A stretch of 64,000 nt of DNA from Camelus dromedarius (lineage: Eukaryota), in the NCBI RefSeq assembly GCF_036321535.1, contig NC_087436.1:23810001-23874000 (forward strand). The letters are read 5' to 3'. The first letter of the stretch is position 1, and each line of letters starts with the position of its first letter. The notes under the pieces were generated by a model. It was given only the letters and a program-made list of their open reading frames with translations. It did no database searches and was not told the origin of the DNA. Below are positions 13,259 to 27,649 of this stretch, piece after piece. The position numbers were made by a program, and so were the translations under genes.

Positions 13259-13894
13259 ATTAGAGACAATAAGCTTCTGGGTTTTAAACATAAAAAGAAA
13301 TTGCTCGATGTGATTCAACGTGTGCTTCGCATAATGCATTTCTGTGACACTTCATAGTAATGAGATAATTACCATGGGTACAGTATTAGAGTATACATAT
13401 TCTGATAAGTTACAGCTGTAAGAAATCAGTAATGGCCATTAATCATGCCATGTTCATTCTTTACGAGTCTCAGACTAAAAGGTAAGTTGCAGATCTCCAA
13501 CAAACCTAAGACGAATTTTATAGTCATCATTTCTGCCATTTAGAGGAGGAGTTCATGAATACAATAGACTCTCCCTAATTTAAACTAATTTGGGCAAAAT
13601 GCTGCCTGAATTGAGAAAAATCAGCATTGACGTATAGTAGTAAATATGTACTACCTGTGATGTATTTAAAAGTAACAACTGCAATTCAAACTAGACTATT
13701 AAACTGTTAGTAAATAAACATCCTTGGCAACTACTTTAATTAATATATGAGAAGGAATCATAATACATGTATCAATCATTTATTTAAATTTGTCTCTTGA
13801 GTCCTTGAGTCTGTGAGACCCATTTCTGTCTTAAGTTAGCATTCCCCTTGTAATCTTTATTATTCCTATTCTTTTACATAGTAAGCTCTCTCTC

Positions 13895-16057
13895 TTTTTT
13901 AATGAAGTATGGTTGATTTACAATGTTATGTTAGTTTCAGGTGTAGAGCACGATGATTCAGTTACATATATATTTTTTTCAGATTCTTTTTCTTTATAAT
14001 TTATTGCAAGATACTGAATATAGTTCCCTGTGCTGTACAGTAGGACCTTGTTTATCTGTTTTATGTATAGTAGTGTGTATCTGCTAATCTCAGACTCCTA
14101 ATTTATCCCTCCCTCCACCCCACTTTCCCCTTTGTAACCATAGTTTGTTTTCTATGTCTGTGAGTCTGTTTCTGATTTGTAAATAAGTTCATTTGTATCT
14201 TTTTTTGATTCTACATATAAGTGATACCATGTATTTGTCTTTGTGACTTACTTCACTTAATTCATAATCTGTAGGTCCATCCATGTTGCTGTAAATGTTA
14301 TTTTATTCTTTTTATGGCTGAGTAGTATTCCATTATGTAAACATACCACAACTTATTTATCCAGTCATCTGCCGATGGACATTTAGGTGGCTTCCACGTC
14401 TTGGCTGTTGTAAATAGTGCCACTATGGGGTGCACATTGCGGTGTGTATATCTTTTCAAATTGTAGTTTTCTCCAGATACATGCCTAGGAGTGGGATTGC
14501 CGGATCATATGGCAACCGTTATTTTTTTTTAAGGAGCCTCCATACAGTTCTCCATAGTGGCTGCACCAATTTACATTACAACCAGCAGTGTAGGAGGGTT
14601 CTCATTTCTTCACACCCTCTCCAGCATTTATTATTGTAAACATTTTAATGATGGCCATTCTGACTGGTGTGAGGTGATAACCTCATTGTAGTTTCAATTG
14701 CATTTCTCTAATAATTAACGATGTTGAGCATCTTTTCATGTGCTTATTGGCCATCTGTGTCTTCTTTGAAGAAATGTCTATTTAGATCTTCTGCCCATTT
14801 TTTTATTGCATGGTTTGGGTTTTTTTGATATTAAGCTATATGAGCTGTTTGTATATTTTGGAAATTAATCCCTTGTTGGTTGCAGCATTTGCAAATATTT
14901 TCTCCCATTCTGTAGGTGTCTTTGCATTTTATTTATGGTTTCCTTTGCTATGCAAAAGCTTTTAAGTTTACTTAGGTCCCATTTGTTTATTTTGCTTTTA
15001 TTTCCATTACTCTAGGAGATGGATCCAAAAAATTATTGCCGTGACTTATGTCAAAGAGTGTTCTGCCTATGTTTTCCCCTGGGAGTTTTATGGCTTCAGG
15101 TCTTACATTTAGGTCTTTAATGCATTTTGAGTTTATTTTTGTATATGGTTTTAGAGAATGTTCTAATTTCAGTCTTTTACATGTAGCTGTCCAGTTTTCC
15201 CAGCACCACTCACTGAAAAAAAACTGTCTTTTCTCCATTGTATATTCTTGCCTCCTTTGTCGTAGATTAATTAAGAGTAAGTGCATGGGTTTATTTCTGG
15301 ACTTTCTATCCTGTTCCATTGATCTATGTGTCTGTTTTTGTGCCAGTACCATACTGTTTTGATTACTGAAGCTTTGCAGTCTAGGCTGAAGTCAGGGACT
15401 GTGATCCTTCCTGCTCTGTTCTCTCTCAAGACTGTTTTGGCTACTTGGGGTGTTTTGTGTTTCCATACAAATTAAAAAAATTTTTGTTCCAGGTCTGTGA
15501 AAGATGCCATTGATAACTTAATAGAGATTGCATTGAATCTGTATATTGCCTTTGGGTAGTATGGCCATTTTAACACTATTGATTCTTCCAGTCCAAGAAC
15601 ACAGTATATCTTTCCATCTGTTTGTGTTGTCTTCAGTTTCTTTCATCAGTATCTTATAGTTTTAAGAGTACAGGTCTTTTGCCTCCTTAGGTAGGTTTAT
15701 TCCTAGGTACTTTATTCTTTTTGATGCAATGGTAAATGAGATTGTTTCCTTAATTTCTTTTTCTGCTATTTTGTTGTTAGTGTATAGAAATGCAACTGAT
15801 TTCTGTATATTAATTTTGTATCCTGCAATTTAAACTGAATTCATTGATGAGCTCTAGTAGTTTTCTGGGAGCATCTTTAGAATTTTCTGTGTATAGTATC
15901 TTGTCATCTGCAAACAGTGAAAGGTTGACAGTTTCTTTTCTGATTTTGATTCATTTCTTTTTCTTCTCTGATTGCTGTGGCTAGGACTTCCAAACTATGT
16001 TGAATAGAAGTGGCAAGAGTGGACATTCTTGTCTTGTTCCTGATCTTTAGAGGAAAT
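13895..16057 (-). mobile_element. 5'-truncated L1, ~2.2 kb (disrupted ORF2 3' part + 3'UTR)
   Basis: Minus ORF fragment WCWENWTATCKRLKLEHSLKPYTKINSK..KDLNVRPE is L1 ORF2; TSD taagctctct at 13882-13891 and 16058-16067. Confidence 0.93.
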
Positions 16058-18367
16058 TAAGCTCTCTTTTTTGTATATAAGGATAAATATCAGGTCGGTC
16101 CTTAGTGAAGCTACAGCTAAAGGCAAAATTAGCAGGAATTGAATTAATCATGTCTTACTACACAATGCATAGAAACAGCAATAGTAGCAAACTTTTTCAT
16201 TCTTTTAAGTTTAGGAACTAGTTACATATTTTAGAAAAGAACCACAAAGTTAAGAAGAGACCTAAAATGTCAATTGATGCATCTTCCAATTCTATCCTAA
16301 TTGACCTAGAGAGATTAAAATTCTAGGCTGTTAGATCTGTAAGGGATTTTAGAGATTATTTTGTCCAGGCAAAAATGGAGGTAGAAAATAGTCATCTGAC
16401 TTGCAGAGAACACACAGCTTGGACATGAGAGAATTGATTCTAGGATCCGGAGCCCATGACTGTAAGCCCACACCTATCTTCATCTTCTTGGTGAAATACA
16501 TGATAATCCATGCCCAGAAAAGGTGGACAACTCTCACTTGCAACCTGGTGCAATTACTCAACTGGCACATTTAGCTTTTTTATGGAATTTAAGGCCATTT
16601 ATTCAAAATCACTCATGTGGAGGTGGAGAAGCAACCACGCTCCGTTCTGTTAATTAGCCAGCTTAGCCTAGTTATGGTGGCCAGAATGGAACATCACTGT
16701 TGTCTACATCAGACAAGTGCTAAGCGTAATGGGAACATTTCCCCATAGATACTTAGGAACAAAAGGAAAAAGTGCACAGGCTCTAAATTTCCTTGAAAGC
16801 AGCGATCTTAGGCATCTTTCCCATCTTCTGCACCCAGCCCAGCACCTGACACCAAGCAGACCATCCTAAAGTGAGAAATTCTTTTAAATGAACCATGTAA
16901 TTTACACACTTGGGTTTCCTTTTTTTTTTTTTTTTTTTAAGACCCTTGTGATTAGGATTCAGTGTAATTTTTCTTTCAAATTTACTAAAGCCAAGAGACC
17001 TTTGCAGAAGGATGTAATGAATTCTTCCTCTCTGACTTAAAATGAGGCCCTTAGTTACTCAGTAACCACCTGCCAAATTAAGCTACCCTTCTGAGTTAAC
17101 AGTGCCTTCCAGGGTGATTTTGAAAGTGAGTCATTGATTTGAATCCAGAGACCAAACAGAGTGAAACAAGCCTTGGAGATCAGGTGGCCCAGCCCTCTCC
17201 TTTTGTAATTGAGGAAACGAAGGTCCAGAGAGGTTAAGTCACTGCTGCTCGATCACATAATTAAGTTTGTTTAGTTGCTGTGCTTTAGTGAGATCTGGAA
17301 ACGCCACATGCGTAGTTTTGCTTTTCAAGTTCCTGACGTTTTCTGTTGTGTATGCACTGAAGGTATTTTTAAATACTGATAAGCATCTGAATGCAAACCT
17401 CATTTAGTTAAATCAGGCAGTGTGGGCAGTCTTCAGTGAAATCTATTACATTGCCTTGTTTGATGACTTTATGTTCAGCTCTTTTTGATTTGTGGTGTTT
17501 GATTGGACAAAGGGTAAGAAAATATTCATTGCAGTGAAAAAAAAATCCTTTCTTTTGCATTCACATAACTTCAAAATATCCCTAAAGTCATCACTGGTTG
17601 TTACTAAAAAAATGTTATTTTGAAACTGAGAGCAAGGTGAAAAACATTCTGTCCCAGTGGAGTTTCAGAGAGCCATAACCATGCAAAAGTAGGTGGTTAC
17701 AGAAAATATTATGCAAACTTAACTGTAGCATTATAATGGAAACCACATAAATGATATCTGGATGGCTAGGTAAGAAAGATAAAACCAGTGAAATACATAC
17801 TTTTGACTCTATATCGTTACAGTACATTTACAATGCACCACAATTTGAACAGCAAGTTGACAAACTCTGGATCTGTTACAAGCAAAGTGATTGATTGCAC
17901 AGGGCATTGGGCTGGAGCAGGAAATTCTGACTCTCATTCCTTGTTCTTTCCCTGAATTAGGTTGTGGCCCCACTCTCTGTGCCTTGGTTTTTCCCTCAGT
18001 GCATCTCCCCGAGGTCAGATGGATTATCAGTGGAAAGTAACATTTACTAAGCTTCAGAAAGCAAACGTCACCATTCAGAGTCTTCTAAATCATGACAGGC
18101 TACTTCTGAGGCTTTGCTTGGTGTCATCTCTGACTACACCTCTTTGCTAATAGTTCAGGGGCAAATATGAAGTGGTTTTTGAACTTGGCATTACAATTGG
18201 GAGACAAATGCTTTAAAAAAAAACAAAAACAACTCTTGTTAAGCTGTGTATCAAATAGCAACTGTCGAGCTACTTGCCTCAGATAAGTCTGTGCTGTATT
18301 GATTTATAAGTTAGGAATAACTTTAGCTATTTGCTTAATCAGCCATGCAGGGAATGATATTGGATCA

Positions 18368-18748
18368 TGTTATGGTCTGAATTGTGTCCTCTCCCAAAAT
18401 TCAGCTGTTGAAACGGGACTGTATTTGGAGATAGGGCCTTTAAAAGGTGAGGAAGTTAAAAAATGAGGCTGTTAAGATTGGCCTTAATCCAATCTGACTG
18501 GTGTCCTTCTAAGAAGAGAAAATTTGAACACACAGGAAGACACCAGGGATACACACACACATGGAGAAAAGGTCACAGTGAGAAGGTGGCCATCTGCACG
18601 CCAAGGAGAGAGGCCCCAGGAGAAACCAAAACTGCCAACTCCTTGGTCTTGAACCTCCAGCCTCCAGAGCTGTGAGAAAATACATTTCTGTGGTTTAAGC
18701 CTCCCAGTCTGTGGTATTTTGTCATGGTAGCCCTAGCAAACTAATACA
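18368..18748 (+). mobile_element. MLT1 (MLT1B-like) solo LTR, complete
   Basis: TGTTATGG...CTAATACA termini with 5-bp TSD GATCA (18363-18367, 18749-18753), as expected for ERVL-MaLR. Confidence 0.88.
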
Positions 18749-18819
18749 GATCACTTCAAACACCTTACCTTTTGCAACCAATGTCTATCACTATGAAATT
18801 GGAAGTTAGCATTGCAAAG

Positions 18820-19285
18820 GGACTCTTTTTCCTCCAGGGTCTCTAAAGACCTTCTGGGGAAAGTCCAAACATCTTACCACGGCAGACAAGCTCTCCATGA
18901 TCTATGTCGCTCTGCCTTCTCCAGCCTCATTTCTCAGTGCTTCCCCCTTGACACAGCTTCTTAAGTTTCACTTAGAAGCCAGGCTTTCTTCTCCTTTGGT
19001 GTCTTCTCCTCACTATGAATCCATCCTTCAAGTCTCAGCTTACATATCAGTCCCCCCAGGAAGCCTTATCTCATCTGGACTGAGGAAATGCCCCTCTGTG
19101 GTGTTGCCACAGCTCAGGCGTCTACATCCAACTACCTTGTCCTTGCTCATCTGTTTCTTTCCCCTTCACTCAGAAGGTTCTCGAGGTCAGAAACCAAAAC
19201 TTGTTCACTGTCACGTCCCTGGTGCCTGATCTGGAACCTGGCACCCTGTAGGTGTTCCGTTAGTTGAATCAAAGCATGAACACAT
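18820..19285 (+). mobile_element. L2 3' fragment
   Basis: aagtccaaacatctt...cttgttcactgtc...tggcacc...gttgaat end. Confidence 0.55.
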
Positions 19286-19374
19286 CCGTGCAAGATATTC
19301 CTTTAAAATAGTGATTGAGCACCTAACCTGTGTAAGACACTGAGAGGACAGAGATACGTTTAAATCAGATTAGT

Positions 19375-19751
19375 TGCATTAGTGTGCTTGGGCTGCCATC
19401 ACAAAGTAGCACACAGACTGAAGGCTTAAACATCAGGAATCCATCTCCTCACAGGTCTGGAGACCAGAAGTCCAAGATCAAGGTGTCAGCACGGTTGGTT
19501 TCTGCTGAGGTCTCTCTCCTTGGCTTGTCCGTGGCCATCTTCTCCCTGTGTCTTCACATGGTCTTCCTTCTGTGTGTATCTGTGTCCTAATTTCTTCTTC
19601 TTAAAAGAAGGGCACCAGTCAGATTGGATGAGGGCCCACCTGCAGGACTTCACTAAAGATCCTATTCCAGATACCCTCACATTCTGAGCTGTTGGGGGTT
19701 AGAGCACCCACATATGAATTTGGGGGGATACGGTTCACATTCATCATAAGC
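19375..19751 (-). mobile_element. MLT1A-like solo LTR
   Basis: gggctgccatcacaaag...gaagtccaagatcaaggtgtcagca...caccagtcagattggat...acatatgaatttgggggg. Confidence 0.8.
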
Positions 19752-19886
19752 ACCGACTTCATAGGTTTTTACCACCTTGGGGTACCCCTGGGGTGAATGT
19801 AGACTACTATGTTGCTGTCTCCTTTGAAAGGTTATTTACTATAAACGTTCAGTAATAAGTCATTTTCGTCAAGAAAGGGGCATTTT

Positions 19887-20048
19887 GGAGTTGATTGTTG
19901 TTTCCAGGGGTTGGAGTGGGCTATTATATTGGGAGTTCCACACCCCCAAGAATAAAATCCCAGAGGAGGAGTTGATTGTTGTTTCCAGGGGTTGGAGTGG
20001 GCTATTATATTGGGAGTTCCACACCCGCAAGAATAAAATCCCAGAGGA
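19887..20048. repeat. 81-bp tandem duplication (2 copies, 1 mismatch)
   Basis: 19887-19967 equals 19968-20048 except C19946/G20027. Confidence 0.95.
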
Positions 20049-22546
20049 CTAAGGTACGTAGGCCCTTCAGAATGTGATGGTGATGGCCAACATGACCAAA
20101 CTCACTGGAAATTAGCAGTCTGCAGTGGCTCATACTTGGTTAACCCCCAGGAAATTCAGTGGCCATGTGTCCAGTTCCTACCCAAGAGATGGAAACATCA
20201 GATGCAAAGGTTTTTCTCTGATCTTCACTGCTCGACTTTCAGGGCTGGGAGAACTCTGCAGGACACGAAAGTCTGGTCTTTGGGCTTCAGATTGGATGTA
20301 GAGGATTTAGGTTTATGCTCCTTAAAGGGCAAAGAAAGGGTCCACCCAGGATCAGCCTTGGTCACTCCTTGTGCGTCACAGAAATCGCTGCCCATGGAGC
20401 CAGAGTGAGGCTGTGGGAAGAGGCTGTGTAAGCGACTCTGTTGCTATAACAACAGTACCTCGGTCTAATTTCTTTTGAAAAATGAATTTCAGCTGGTGGG
20501 ATGAGGCTGGGCAGCTTCTCCCCACAGAGGAAAGCTCTGCCGACGGCCTCCGGAGCTCTGCTGTTTTGTGGATCCAGGGCATGGTGCCCCGCGTGCCCCT
20601 GCTCGCTGGAACATTCTCAGAGCTGGTTAAGTCATACCCACATTGGCCTGAATGTGAGAAAGCACCTGCCTACGTGTGGATGTCATCACGCACGGGTGAT
20701 TCATCCTGAAGAGAAAAATCCTCTCCTTCTGCCTTGTCTCATATTTGGGCACAAAGTCACTCTAAAGACATGTAAATAATGGTGCTCAATTGGCTGGCAA
20801 ATGAAGGCGAGTCCTGTAGCTTTCAACTTTGGGGTAAAAATCTGCTCAGAAACAGAGATGTGAGAGTCAGATGCCGTCCAGAAATCAGAATAACGTCCTG
20901 TTTGCTCCCTGAGATGGTATGTGAGTGTGTGTGTGTGAGAGAGAGATGAATTCCCTTCCAGGAGGTAGCTCTTAGCTTTGCTTTATGTAAACTTCAACTC
21001 ACAAGGAAGAACAAGGTCTGACCTCTTTGAGGGAAACTAGAGGCTTTTTATAGACTGGACGATCTTATTTCGATACTTCTGTTTTCCAAAGGGAGATAAA
21101 CCCAGGCTGGGATTTTATTCAAAAGCAGTGTCAGGCCCAGGTGCTGTGGGCTGTTTGCATCCTGTAAGCAGCGTGTGCAGGACTTCAGTGCCTTGGAGGC
21201 CCTCCTGGAAGGGGCTGGAAACAAAAAGAAGGATTTCTCGTTAAAAAGAAGGGACATGTTGAGTAAACAGTGAAATAAAAATATTCTTGATTCCTACCCA
21301 AGGGAGCGAAAAGTACTCAGCCTCCCTGAAGTATTTCTCCCCCCGCCTCCCAGAAAATGAGCAGGTTGAAACCTCCTGCTTCGTTCTAACACGCCTGTTC
21401 TCTGGTCTGTGTTGTCGGTGTGTCTCCAGCTGTGAGTGGTGCAGATAAGATCTGATCTTTTCATTGGCCCTTTACCTCCCTATGGTTTTTCCCTTCTTTC
21501 TCACCAACCTCCTTGGCCGTCATCTCTTCGCAGCTCTAAATAAAATCCCATTAGGAATTTCAGATTTAATACAAGGTCATGAATACAAGCAGGTTTGACT
21601 AGATAATGTATGCATGACTTCCAGTGGGAGATATTCCTCGGGAAATTGTTTCTTATCCTTAAAAATAAATGCAGTGTAATGTGTGTGTGAGAGAGACAGT
21701 GTGTGTGTATGTGCGCTCGCACGCATGTGTTTATGTATCTGAAAAGACAGAGCAGCTCAAGGTTCAGGTTGTGGAATTCTGACAGCAACTACAAATCTCC
21801 GTGGAGCTTTTCCTACAGAAAGCTACTGAGTGAAGGAAGCTGCCACCAGGACGCACACATCTGCTCCCTACTGAAGTTTTCAGGGCTGCAGCTCTCATCA
21901 CTTCTCAAACACATGCTAAATTTGCAGAGTAACATCTTTACTCTTGGAGGAGTGCGGAGCTTTCCTGTGAGTCAGGCAGATCTAACTCAAAAACATGAAC
22001 ACATCCTGCTTAGACCGTCACGACCCAGATGTCTAGAACACTTCCCAGAATTTCGCAGCAAGGTTTGCTGGTGTTTGATCAGGATAGGAGTCATCAGAGG
22101 CAGAAGAACACAGTAGGTGAGAACACATATTTGAGGGGCAGGCAGCACAAAGCAGGGCTCTGCTGTGTACCCTGGGACAAATGACTACCCTCTCTGAGCC
22201 CATTCCTCATCCATCATAGGGGTATTGTGAAGATTCACTAAGTGAATACAGATAAAGCATTTAGCTTGATCTTACATCCTAAGCTCTCAGCCAATTAGAA
22301 TATCAAATAACAATAATATCTTGAAACATTTAGTAAGCAGTGAACCAAATTCTCTAATAAAGACTTGGAAGTTTAGAGTTTTCTACTGAAAACTATGTGA
22401 GGAGAATTTGAAAGTCATAGAAGCTAGGCATTTACAGAGATAACAGTCTCATTTTTAATGAGTAGTTAATAATTTCATGGAAACGCCCATTTGAACTATA
22501 TGGAGCCTGTGAAAAAATTTTATTACTTCAGATATAAAGAGTACAC

Positions 22547-22696
22547 GGGGTGGAAGAGTATAGCTCAGTGGTAGAGTGCACATCTAGCATGCACAAAGTC
22601 CTGAGTTCAATCCCCAGTACCTCCATTAAAAATAAATAAATAAATGCACCTAAGTACCTCTCCCGAAACAAACAAAATTTTTAATATATATTAAAA
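22547..22696 (+). mobile_element. Vic-1-type tRNA-derived SINE (camelid)
   Basis: tatagctcagtggtagag (A box)...gagttcaatccccagtacctcc (B box), AT-rich tail, TSD aaagagtacac at 22536-22546 and 22697-22707. Confidence 0.88.
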
Positions 22697-24064
22697 AAAG
22701 AGTACACAGAATTCCTGTGACTTGTGATGAGAATAGAATTTATTCATTCAATTGAGAGAAAGCCAAGAGCCTCTATGAACATTTATGTGTTTGGAAATAC
22801 AGGGATGTGAGATCTTGGGACTGAAGCATTTCAAAACGTCCAGGGCATTGACTGCCACTGCTCCTGGTGTTTTTTGATCCATTCTAAATGTGTTGTTGTG
22901 GATTTAGTCGGTGCACTTTAGGCATAACTAAAGGATAAAAGCATGCCTAAAAATTCAGCCACACACAAAAAAGATTTAAAAGGCTTTTAAAGAGTTCCTT
23001 CCCTTGGTGGCTCACAGCTGGAATTGGGTGGGTATCCACGTTCCAAATACTGAAAAGAGGAACCACCACTCTCGTGTATACACACCGAAGACTACTTGGG
23101 AATAGAATTTTAAATCTGACTCATAGCAAAAAAGGAAAAAGATCATAGTCATTTCTAAAAATAAACTCAAAGTCTCCCAAAATGTTCTGAATGGTCCTGT
23201 TCCTTTGGGCTAGGGGCTCAGCAGTATCCAGCATCCCCTTGGGCCTCTCAGATGCTTACTAGGTGGCAAGGCCCATTTTAAGGTGATCCTTTTCTTCCTG
23301 GAGGCTTTCAGAACAGAGATTTTTGACTGACATCCCCTCCAGAGCCCCAGAATTTCCTACAGACTAGGTCCAGAGAAGCTGTATTCTGGGATGGTCACAT
23401 GTAGAGGTTTTAGATTCTTGGCTCTCAGGGAAATGTGTGTGTTCATGTGTGTATTTTTAAATTCATGTGCCTTTCATTACATAATAAAATTGTTTTGTCT
23501 CTAAACTAATGTTAGGAGTGTGTAAGGCTGACGAGGCAGATTTCAGGAGTCGTGATAAACTTTCTCTTTTTCTTTTGTGTTGCTCTACTTTTCCTGTAGA
23601 CCCCCTTAAAACAAACATATTCACCTTTTGACAATATATGTCACATGTGCTCACTTCCTGTTGTGGTCTTTGTTCTTGGGAATGAATCCATCCCTTTGCA
23701 CCTGACACACAGGCATACAGCGCGCCCTCAGTTCATGAGGAATGAAAATTAAAGTAAGAATATGATGTGGAGGGAGAAAATGATCTAGGCTATGACCCTA
23801 CTCAGAGAAACCTAAAATATAAAAAACAAACATTTTCATGTCAAATCTTGTAGAAATGCAAAAGGCTTCTGCAGAATTCTTGATAGTCTGAGCTTTGAAA
23901 TATCTCAACTGAGAGCATTGTTTTTTTAGTCCTGTTTATGAGCTGTCCCAGAGTATGACCAATTAACTCGGAAGCATTTTATATTGACAATTGAGTTTGT
24001 GTGTATTTTTTTTAACCAAACCAACAACTTCAGAATGTTGGAACTCCAAAAGAATTATGAGTCT

Positions 24065-24270
24065 AGATTAGAATTTCTGAAAACTAGGGACACTGGACCA
24101 ACTACCTCAGAGGAATCTGAGGTTTTTGTTATCTTTCTTGTGTCATCAGCCTGTGTCCCAATCTGGGCCCCACCTTTAGTTACTAAATCAAACTGTGGAA
24201 GTGGGACCAAGAAATCTGCATTTTTAACGGCTTCCCAAGTCACTTTAAAGTTGGATAATCACTGGTCTAG
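24065..24270. mobile_element. MER5-family MITE
   Basis: ctgggccccacc...gaaatctgcatttttaac...tcccaagt...taatcactggtctag. Confidence 0.55.
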
Positions 24271-25078
24271 AAAACTGAACCTTTAAATAAACCTCAAAAG
24301 ATCCTTATTCTAAGGGTGCTTAAATCTCAAAGACAGTTCTGGAAATGTTTTGCACACTATTCATATTCTACTAATTAAAATATCTAGCACATGAGTATTC
24401 GGGGTCACTCATCAAATATATTAAATAAGCAAGTCAAATTTTTCCATATGTTCATATGCCTATTATCTGTTGGTAGAATGACAAGAAAATAACCACTTGA
24501 AAATTGATTCAGTGAATCATCTTCTGGTTTGACCAGAGCAGATCAAAATGACCAAAATATTTATTCTCTGCGAGCTTCTAAATTAGTTATAGCATCTGTA
24601 AGCTGAGATTCCAATTCGTCTTCAAGTCTTGAGAAGTAATTGTGTTTCTAATGTTTGGTGAAGGAAGTGCATTTGGTTGGAGAGGGTGCTTTGGCAGGTG
24701 AAAACCCCTTGAAACCTTTGTAAGGAAATTTAAAATTCAACTATGAAAATACCCAACATGTTGGGTTCACATGGTTGACAAAACATGTGACCTTGGTGAT
24801 GTTATATAAAGTCTGAGTTTCAGTTTCACTCTGCTTCTCCATGATTCTCTTCATAATTCTCTCGAGTTGTTCTCAGCATAGGCTTCCTGGACCCTTAGAG
24901 TCCTCAAAACTATTAAGGAGGGGACAGTCTACCAGCCATTTCCAGCATTTTAAAATAGCCAAAACAAATTGTACATTTACTCAATTATCATTAAAACACT
25001 AGACAGGCCAACATTCTCAAGTGCCTGCTTGGGGATCTGTTACATAACCGAGTGTGGTTATTTGAGAAATCTTTTTAG

Positions 25079-25810
25079 TATTCATTCATTCGAACAATCA
25101 CCTGAAGGAAAAGGAAACAGTTGTGATAGGATGTTAGGATGCCATGGGAGCACACAGAGGGGTCTCCAAGATTAGGAGGTATGGGGAGGGGCTGTTAAGA
25201 GAGACTGCATCGAACATACTGTTTCAACTGAATCGTGATGGACACATAGAATTGGTCAAGTGAAGAAGTTGGTGAGAGTATAACACATGCAAAGACTCAG
25301 AACAGTGTGTCCTGAGAGCTACAAATAATTACGTGTAGCTGAAGGTTTAGAGTTGATTGGTGTTGGAGGGCCAGTGGAGGGGAAGAAGTTTGGAGGTGAG
25401 AGCTAAGACCAGAGAGGTAAGCAGGGATGAGGACCAAGTTGTGCAGGGCTTGGGTGTGGGACTTTGGTGATGCTGAAGACAGCGGATAGCTCCGGAAGAG
25501 GGGGAGGAGTTCACATTTTATCAAGAAAACCACAGCCACGGTGCAGAGAATAGGTAGAAGAAAGAGTCAAGACTGGAGCAGAGAGGCTCGTCAGGAGCTG
25601 CTGCGGAAATCATGACAGAAGTGTTGATTATCTGAACTGAGGTGCTGGGTTGGGTTGGAAGGATGAGAATGAAATCCATTCATAATGAGAACAGATAGCC
25701 TTTGAGGTTTAACTGAGTATGGGTGGTGGGGAGAGGGTGGAATCAAGGATGATTCCTGAAAACAGTCTGAAAGAACATGACCATGATGAGCATTGGAGCC
25801 CAGGGCCATT
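25079..25810 (-). mobile_element. L2 fragment
   Basis: attcattcattcgaacaa start and purine-rich L2-like body (ggaatcaaggatgattcctg). Confidence 0.6.
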
Positions 25811-26562
25811 GATGAAGGCAGGACTTCACCATCTGCATGAGGGGAAATTGTGGGCTATGTAGTCAGACCTGAGTCTGAATTTGAATCCAGGTTGAGCCAC
25901 CCCATCCCACTCCCAGCTCTGTTATCTGAGGCTTAATCTCACTATGCCTAAATTTCCTCCTCTGTAAGGTGGTTATAATAAAACCTACCCACCTTTTAGA
26001 ATCAGTAAGAGTAAGAGACAGGAATCTTGATAGTTATCCCAATATCTTCCATCCTAAAATCTTCATTATTTTAATAGTAGGATCATCATCTTCATTCCAA
26101 GCTCCCTGATCCTGCCCAATTTTATGCAAAGTCACGGAGAAGGCAATAAGAGCTTTTTATTTTTAACTTTACTAAAACTGCTAAAAATCTAAAGGAAAAA
26201 CGAGTATCTTGATTATGGACACACTGGCCCAGGGGACCCCTTGGACTCTATTGGGGATGGGGCCCTTCTGTGTCGGCAGAGACCTACTCACCTTAGCCAC
26301 GTTCCTCCTTGCTATGGGTGTCGTCCACCCCTCCCCACTCCACCTCCTCCAAAATACTGCCCTTTCCTCTGTAGAACCATCAGACCAGCACATGACCTGC
26401 CCCAGAGGTTTGCTAAGAGGATAAAATAATGATTCTGTGTGAAAGTACTTTATTACCCCAAAGGCACAGCTCTTCTTATTACTACTGGTCTGGGTGTCAT
26501 ATCACCCCTCCCAAACCATTGTGTCTCTACTTGCCTCACATGTTGTTTCTGCCTCTCAGCCA

Positions 26563-26612
26563 GTCTCTCTGTCTCTGTCTCTGTCTCTGTCTCTCTCTCA
26601 CACACACACACA
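26563..26612. repeat. Compound (TCTCTG)n-(CT)n-(CA)n microsatellite
   Basis: Direct read. Confidence 0.85.
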
Positions 26613-27649
26613 CTCACCCAACAGTTCACAGAAACACAAGCCATCAAGCCATACGGTAGAGGAGAGACTCACGCTGGAGCTACTGTGCAGGAGGGATTGT
26701 TTCCTTCAGAGCCCTTGACACAGGAGAGCTGCCCCCATTGTCACAGGCAGTGTATGCACAGCAGACTTAAGCTCCGGGCCCACAGCGTCCCTTAATGGGA
26801 GAAAACATTTATATGTGATGGTAATGATACCAGAACAAGGAAGCTAATGCTCGGTCAAGAGTTCCTGTGACTCTTCCACGAAAGCACAAATCATACTAAG
26901 AGGCTCCAGCTTTGTGAGGCAGGAAGGCCAGGGACTTCCTAGAATAAGGCCATTTGGGAAGAGACCCTGACGGGAGTCCTTGGGAGGATGGAGAGTCCCA
27001 AGGACATTTCCCGTGCAATCAGCCTTTCTCTGCTCACTGAGCAGAGTGCTGGCGAGTTACTCCACCTTCTCCCCTCTTCCCGCCCACCCTCCTCCTCTCT
27101 CCCAGGAGGGACATAGGAGAAAGTTAGACTCTCAGACCACCTTGCCATCTAGCAAAGGAGGATGGGACACGGGAGGGATGCTAAGATTGCTCTGCTATTT
27201 TGGACACAAACAGAAACTATAACAGGGCTTCAGTGTGCCTTCAGTGATGTCGTTCTTGTATTCCCAGTGCTGACATGTTAAATATATGTCAAGATTGGGG
27301 TTAAAAGGGCCAGCAGTGGAGAACTCTCAGCCCTCAAGGAAAAGGAAGCAGTCAGTAGCTCCATTCAGGTCGCAGCCTGGAAGTAGGTTTGCTTTGAGCC
27401 TCAACAATCCAGTCTGTTGTACAATCTAGGACACGAATGCATTAGCACTTGGACTCAGACTTGAATTGCAAATATGATTTTTGTTGTTCATATTTAAAAA
27501 ACCACGCAAGATGCTTGGAAAACATTAGGCTTTTGCAGGCTAGGGAACAGAAATATGATCACTTTATCTATTTGTATTTTAGAGATCCAGAAACTCATCT
27601 ATCTTGGGTACAGTGTGACTATTGGTGTCACTGCATTTTAAAAATAGAG

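Noticed and set aside
19887..20048. CRISPR-like or other prokaryotic repeat array
   Set aside because: Two adjacent copies with no spacers in a mammalian intron; a simple tandem duplication
22547..22625. tRNA gene-like sequences (also at 42426, 44662, 46075, 57184)
   Set aside because: Dispersed degenerate copies with A-rich tails and, in most cases, TSDs; these are SINEs, not tRNA genes
23255..23272. Partial CTCF-like motifs (actaggtggca here; also ~35502 and ~63001)
   Set aside because: Each lacks key consensus positions; cannot be supported without PWM scoring or ChIP data
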